Positions 59,003-64,000 of a DNA stretch of 64,000 nt are shown here, piece by piece; the first letter of the stretch is position 1; the number at the start of each line of letters is the position of its first letter. The stretch lies in assembly GCA_001599295.1 (NCBI GenBank), contig BCGN01000004.1, positions 1,365,676 through 1,429,675 of the forward strand, written 5' to 3'. Below the pieces are notes generated by a model, which did no database searches, had not been told where the DNA came from, and worked only from the letters and a program-made list of their open reading frames with translations. The DNA is from Sporopachydermia quercuum. Taxonomy: Eukaryota. The translations under genes were made by a program, and so were the position numbers.

Positions 59003-60088
59003 ATGTCTACAGAATCAAAACATTTGAGATCTCATAACGAGTTCCGCAGTGACACTTTTAGTACACCAACACCGTCTATGATCCAAGCGATGGCAACAGC
59101 ATCATTAGGTGACGATGTTTACGGTGAAGATGAAACAACAAACAAGTTTCAAGCGCGTATTGCCGAATTATCAGGTAAAGAAGCTGCTTGTTTCTGCGTG
59201 TCTGGTACCCTATCAAATCAAATAGCTCTTCGAACACATCTTAAACAACCTCCCCATTCAGTATTATGTGATTACAGAAGTCATGTATATACTTCTGAAG
59301 CTGGTGGGTTAGCAACTCTTTCCCAAGCAATGGTAATTCCTGTTCATCCTGCGACAAAAGGCCATATTACCTTAGAAGATGTCGAGAAGAATATTCTACT
59401 AGATGAAGATGTTCATTATGCGACTACTCGTGTGATCTCTCTTGAAAACACATTACATGGTACTATCCTTCCGTTAGATGAAATTAAAAGAATCTCAGCT
59501 TATGCTAAGAAAAATAATTTGAAACTTCACCTTGACGGAGCAAGACTATGGAATGCATCTGTTAAAACTGGGATTTCAATAAAAGATTACTGCAGTTATT
59601 TTGATTCCGTTTCATTATGTTTATCGAAAGGTTTAGGAGCTCCAATAGGATCTATATTGGTCGGTGATGCCGACTTTATTAAAAGGGCTATTTGGTTCAA
59701 GAAACAAAATGGTGGAGGAATCAGACAGTCAGGTCTTCTGTGTGCAGCAGCGAATATCGCAATAGATGAAAACTGGCAAGCAATGGCAAACGTGCATCGA
59801 AAAGCTGAAGAGACCGCTGAATATTTCAAATCACTAGGCTTTTCTTTCTTACTTCCTGTCGAGACGAATTTTATTTTCCTGAACCTCTCAGAAAAAAATA
59901 TTTCGGATGCCTTGCTTGCCGAGAAAGGTACAAAATATGGTGTGAATGTAAATGGTAATAGATTGACATTCCATTATGCAATTAGTGACGAAGCTGTTGA
60001 AAACCTGAAGAAAGCAGTAAAGGAAGCTTTAGAGGATGCAAAGGGTAATCCTAGTATCAATGCCACCAGAACATATGGTGCTTTATGA
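59003..60088 (+). CDS. GLY1: Low-specificity L-threonine aldolase
   Basis: EFRSDT, GDDVYGED, SGTLSNQIA, LHLDGARLWNA, and the PLP lysine in SLCLSKGLGAPIGS. Confidence 0.97.
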   Translation: MSTESKHLRSHNEFRSDTFSTPTPSMIQAMATASLGDDVYGEDETTNKFQARIAELSGKEAACFCVSGTLSNQIALRTHLKQPPHSVLCDYRSHVYTSEAGGLATLSQAMVIPVHPATKGHITLEDVEKNILLDEDVHYATTRVISLENTLHGTILPLDEIKRISAYAKKNNLKLHLDGARLWNASVKTGISIKDYCSYFDSVSLCLSKGLGAPIGSILVGDADFIKRAIWFKKQNGGGIRQSGLLCAAANIAIDENWQAMANVHRKAEETAEYFKSLGFSFLLPVETNFIFLNLSEKNISDALLAEKGTKYGVNVNGNRLTFHYAISDEAVENLKKAVKEALEDAKGNPSINATRTYGAL

Positions 60089-61113
60089 TAGCAGTATGAG
60101 CCCTGGGCAAAATACACACTCAATTGAATTATAGAATATTTATCATTTGTTACTAATGCCAGTAATTCAACAGGCCCAATAAAAATAACAAATTTTTCAA
60201 TTGTACCAATAAACATTTGTTGGAACGTGATAAGTCAATCAATCATCAACCATCTAACATAACCTGTGCAGGGCCACGTGATCTTGAACTGGAATCTGCC
60301 TTTTTTTGTTGACCTCGTCGGTTTTCTCTCATATATAAGCTTCACGAAACTATTGAACGTCAACTACATCATATTTATACTCTCCAGCTCTACCGTACCC
60401 CCCTATTCCCTACTAAATGACCAATTATCCCGTCTTATACCTGTCGTCTCTGTTTTTCTATCGTCAATTTCAAGAGCCTTTTCTTCTCATTGTCCTCCTG
60501 AACTAAATATTCGGTTTGCCCCGAATCTTTTAAAGAGTTAAACTCAAACCTTAACCTCCGCGGTATACTTAAGCTTCCACCCATCAAACTTAACTTTTTA
60601 TCGTTAAACTTAAAAATTTCATCATCTCTTCCCTGCTTTCCAATATATTCATCTTCTTTTCCTCCATGGTGGTTGTCATCTCTGGCATTTGACAAACCAA
60701 AAGCTTTTATGTATGTTGATATTCATATTTAAGTGGTTGTATAGTAGAAACCACTATTAACTTAGAATATCAAGCAAATATTTGCTAGATTCAAGTAACA
60801 CAAGAAAAGTTATCATTGATTGAGTTGCTCATGATATCCATGATATGTATATGAGTGTGATGACAGAAGATAGAGCAGAATTCGTTGAAGACACGAAAGT
60901 TTGATAATTGTTGATTGACGATTTTGCTGGTGGAATATTTACATTTGGAATGGCCGAAATAAAGATCTGAGCTGAAAAAACAATTATTTGCTAATCCCGA
61001 AGACAGGAAAGTTAGGTTCTCCCGAGAATCAACACCAACGCTTTTCCATAATCTATAAACCTCGTACTATTCCATAGGCACTCACACCTATTTAAACTCA
61101 AAATACATCACCA

Positions 61114-63828
61114 ATGGGTACTATTAACAGTCAAGCACAGGGAAAACTAGGGTATATAAAGAATATCAACAAAATCAGAGAAACAGAATATCCTCACATT
61201 AAAGATAATATTTATCTTGATAACGCTGGAACAACCATCTACCCTAAGTCTCTTATCGAAGAATGCTCTAATTCACTACTTAATCCTGATGTGCCCTTTG
61301 GCAATCCTCATTCCAAGTCACCAGCATCGAAAGCGTCAACAGAAATCATAGATAAAGTACGTGGCAAAATTCTTGGGTTTTTCAAAGCTTCCAGTGATGA
61401 ATTCGATGTTGTGTTTTGCAGTAATGCAACGGCTGGATTTAAAACAGTTACTGACTTAATGATTGCTTCCTATGGTTATAAAAATGGTTGGAATTATATA
61501 TATCCTACAGATTCACATACATCTCTGATAGGTGCCCGAGAATTAGCAGCACAGTTTTACACATATGAACCTTCTCTCAGTGAAGAAAAAGACTTTAGTT
61601 GTCTTCCTATTATACAACATCTATCATCCCAATCGGAGCGCTCATCAAACGATCAAAATATGAATAATTTCAGCTTTGGGTCATTAATCACATTTACAGG
61701 TCAATCAAATTTCACAGGACTAAAATATAACTACAAATCGACTATAAACTATTTGAATACCAATCAAACAACTACACAAACTTTCAATTCAAGTACTTTC
61801 ACTCTTTTAGACGCTGCGGCTCTTTCATCCTCATCACCGCCAGATCTTTCTAATAGCAAATTAGCACCAGACTTCACAATAGTTTCATTCTATAAAATCT
61901 TTGGGTTTCCTGACGTTGGCGCTTTGATTATAAAGAAATCACCGAAAATTACATCATTGTTGAAAGCTAGAAGTTATTTCGGTGGTGGAACTGTTGAATC
62001 TGTATGCATTAATCAGTCGTTTGCACCTAAGAAGCAACAGTTACATGAAATGTGTGAAGACGGAACATTACAATTTCATTCTATAATACAATTGGATAAA
62101 GCTTTTGATGTTTACCAAAGGATATATGGTTCTATGGATGTAATAAAGTACCATGTGTCATTTTTAACGAAATATCTATATGACCAATTGATACAATTGA
62201 AATATCCTTCAACAGATGCACGTTTAGTTGAAATCTATACTAATGGTGACACTATTCATGACTCAACTATTCAAGGTCCTGTTTTATCATTTAATTTAAG
62301 AGACATCGATGGAAACTATATTGGATATGCTAATTTTGAGGCTCTGGCTATTTTAAAAAAGATCAACATTCGTACAGGCACTTTATGCAATACGGGAGCT
62401 TCTAGTAAATGGATTGGATATAATGATGACTTTATTATAGCTAATCATGGTAGAGGCCATGTGTGTGGTGATACAATGGACGTAATAAATGGTGTACCAA
62501 CAGGAGCTATTCGGATTAGTATTGGTGCTTTCAACTGTACAGAGGATGTTGATGAGCTTATTTCTTTCATCAAAGAGTACTTTTTAGGTAGGGATTTTAA
62601 CTTGGATCATAGACATGCTATGGCTAAAGGTAGCAAAGTGCACTATTCGGAAAAGGAGGAGAATATTGCTCATAATAAGAATAGGAACGAGGGTGATGAA
62701 AGGGATCTCGCGATTCCCAATGGTACTACTCCTTTTACCAGTGAGGTCGTTTCAACGGAGATGCCCAATTCAATAGGTAACACATCTCAATCATTCTTAG
62801 CAACACCAATCATTAAGTCTTTAGTTATTTATCCTATAAAATCCTGTTCACCAATTATATTAAGCCAAGGAAGATGGCCATTGGATCTCCAAAAGAATGG
62901 TTGTCTGAAATACGATAGGGAGTTCTGTTTAATTAATCTATTAACTAAACGTATAATGACTCAAAAGCAGTACGGCCAAATGACAAGTATTTTTCCTTTT
63001 ATAAATAGTCAACAAACTATTATGAAGGTTTACCATAAGAGAAATGGAAATGATCATGATAGTACCGCTAGTAGAAGCAGCGACTTCATTAGTATTCAAT
63101 TACAACAAGAGACCAATTATAGCACAGAAATCATAGAATTAACATCAAATGCTTGTGAGAAAAGCAGCTTTATACAATTTTTCAAAGATGATGATATAAT
63201 CCATTTCTTCTCAAGTGCTATTGGTATCCCATGTACTTTAGCCAAATGCTTAGATGGAACAGCATCATCGAATCATGGAAATCAATCGTACATTAATCAC
63301 CCACCAAGCTCAAATCTATCGAGCAAATGTCCTTTTTTACTTATCTCAGAACCAAGTGTCGATCAGTTGAAACAGGACGTTGAAAACAATAATGGGGATT
63401 CTAGTAGTATTACTGCTCTCAATTTTAGAGGGAATATTATTATTGATAATGCTACCAATAATATGGCCAGTGGTAATGGTATTACCACTGCCACTAATAC
63501 TCCAAGTGATTATCTTACACCTTATATCGAAGATTCATGGGAAAGAGTCAAAATCGGTGATTATTCATTCCAATTGATTGCACCTTGTGAAAGATGTCAT
63601 ATGGTTAATATTAATGGCAATAATGGTAAATTACAACAGGAGCCTTATTTAACACTTTCAAAAAAGAGGAAATTTGGAAGAAAGATTCTGTTTGGTCAAT
63701 ACCTGAGATTTGCTCCAAGAGATTCTTTAATCCCAGGAGCTAATGGTAACCATAATGATAGTGACAACGACTATGCTGTTTGGCTGTCTGTTGGTGATAA
63801 GATCAGCGTTGAAAAGTATAAATGGTGA
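61114..63828 (+). CDS. hxB: Molybdenum cofactor sulfurase (HxB/ABA3/MOCOS family)
   Basis: NifS-like domain (YLDNAGTT, GNPHS, LLDAA, SFYKIFGFP, RTGTLCN) fused to MOSC domains (IYPIKSC, YDREFCL, FRGNIII, PCERCHMV). Confidence 0.92.
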   Translation: MGTINSQAQGKLGYIKNINKIRETEYPHIKDNIYLDNAGTTIYPKSLIEECSNSLLNPDVPFGNPHSKSPASKASTEIIDKVRGKILGFFKASSDEFDVVFCSNATAGFKTVTDLMIASYGYKNGWNYIYPTDSHTSLIGARELAAQFYTYEPSLSEEKDFSCLPIIQHLSSQSERSSNDQNMNNFSFGSLITFTGQSNFTGLKYNYKSTINYLNTNQTTTQTFNSSTFTLLDAAALSSSSPPDLSNSKLAPDFTIVSFYKIFGFPDVGALIIKKSPKITSLLKARSYFGGGTVESVCINQSFAPKKQQLHEMCEDGTLQFHSIIQLDKAFDVYQRIYGSMDVIKYHVSFLTKYLYDQLIQLKYPSTDARLVEIYTNGDTIHDSTIQGPVLSFNLRDIDGNYIGYANFEALAILKKINIRTGTLCNTGASSKWIGYNDDFIIANHGRGHVCGDTMDVINGVPTGAIRISIGAFNCTEDVDELISFIKEYFLGRDFNLDHRHAMAKGSKVHYSEKEENIAHNKNRNEGDERDLAIPNGTTPFTSEVVSTEMPNSIGNTSQSFLATPIIKSLVIYPIKSCSPIILSQGRWPLDLQKNGCLKYDREFCLINLLTKRIMTQKQYGQMTSIFPFINSQQTIMKVYHKRNGNDHDSTASRSSDFISIQLQQETNYSTEIIELTSNACEKSSFIQFFKDDDIIHFFSSAIGIPCTLAKCLDGTASSNHGNQSYINHPPSSNLSSKCPFLLISEPSVDQLKQDVENNNGDSSSITALNFRGNIIIDNATNNMASGNGITTATNTPSDYLTPYIEDSWERVKIGDYSFQLIAPCERCHMVNINGNNGKLQQEPYLTLSKKRKFGRKILFGQYLRFAPRDSLIPGANGNHNDSDNDYAVWLSVGDKISVEKYKW

Positions 63829-64000
63829 TAAGAAAGCTGTAGCCATGGTTAGATACGCGGATCAACGAATATGTAATAAGTGATCCGATGCAAATAAGGA
63901 AATATCAAACAAAAGGCAAGAATGCTATAATTAGCTTCCTGTCACTATTGTCATCGGGACAGTCGTTCAATAATAGTGGTATGTGGTATGTAGTATTAGT

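Noticed and set aside
1..64000. CRISPR arrays, rRNA, or full-length transposons
   Set aside because: Eukaryotic DNA with no repeat-spacer arrays, rRNA sequence, or transposase/RT/integrase motifs seen.

Overview
AT-rich, gene-dense chromosomal segment of a budding yeast (Saccharomycotina). It appears to use the standard code (CTG sits at conserved Leu positions) and has fairly many short spliceosomal introns (GTATGT/GTAAGT/GTGAGA ... CTAAC ... YAG). Recognisable genes in order: AGE2-like ArfGAP, tail-anchored cytochrome b5, HSP60, HUL5, CHO2, MTR3, tRNA-Thr(CGU), COG1, VRG4, SMI1/KNR4, an MRX20/YFR045W-like carrier, a peroxisomal 4CL-like ligase, ENP2, an orphan locus, PUF3, APC2, a cytochrome b5-acyl-CoA dehydrogenase fusion, tRNA-Pro(UGG), tRNA-Tyr(GUA), a GTA1/YEL043W-like FN3 protein, GLY1 and a molybdenum cofactor sulfurase. 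Four features stand out. (1) A ~3.3-kb orphan reading frame between ENP2 and PUF3 is broken by one in-frame TAA and one frameshift and lies in a hotspot of ambiguous bases. (2) A 282-nt in-frame, stop-free intron in PUF3 would add two hydrophobic segments if retained. (3) The tRNA-Pro lacks the invariant G18. (4) A candidate solo LTR lies between two divergent tRNA genes. All calls are by eye and from recalled homolog motifs; no database searches were run.
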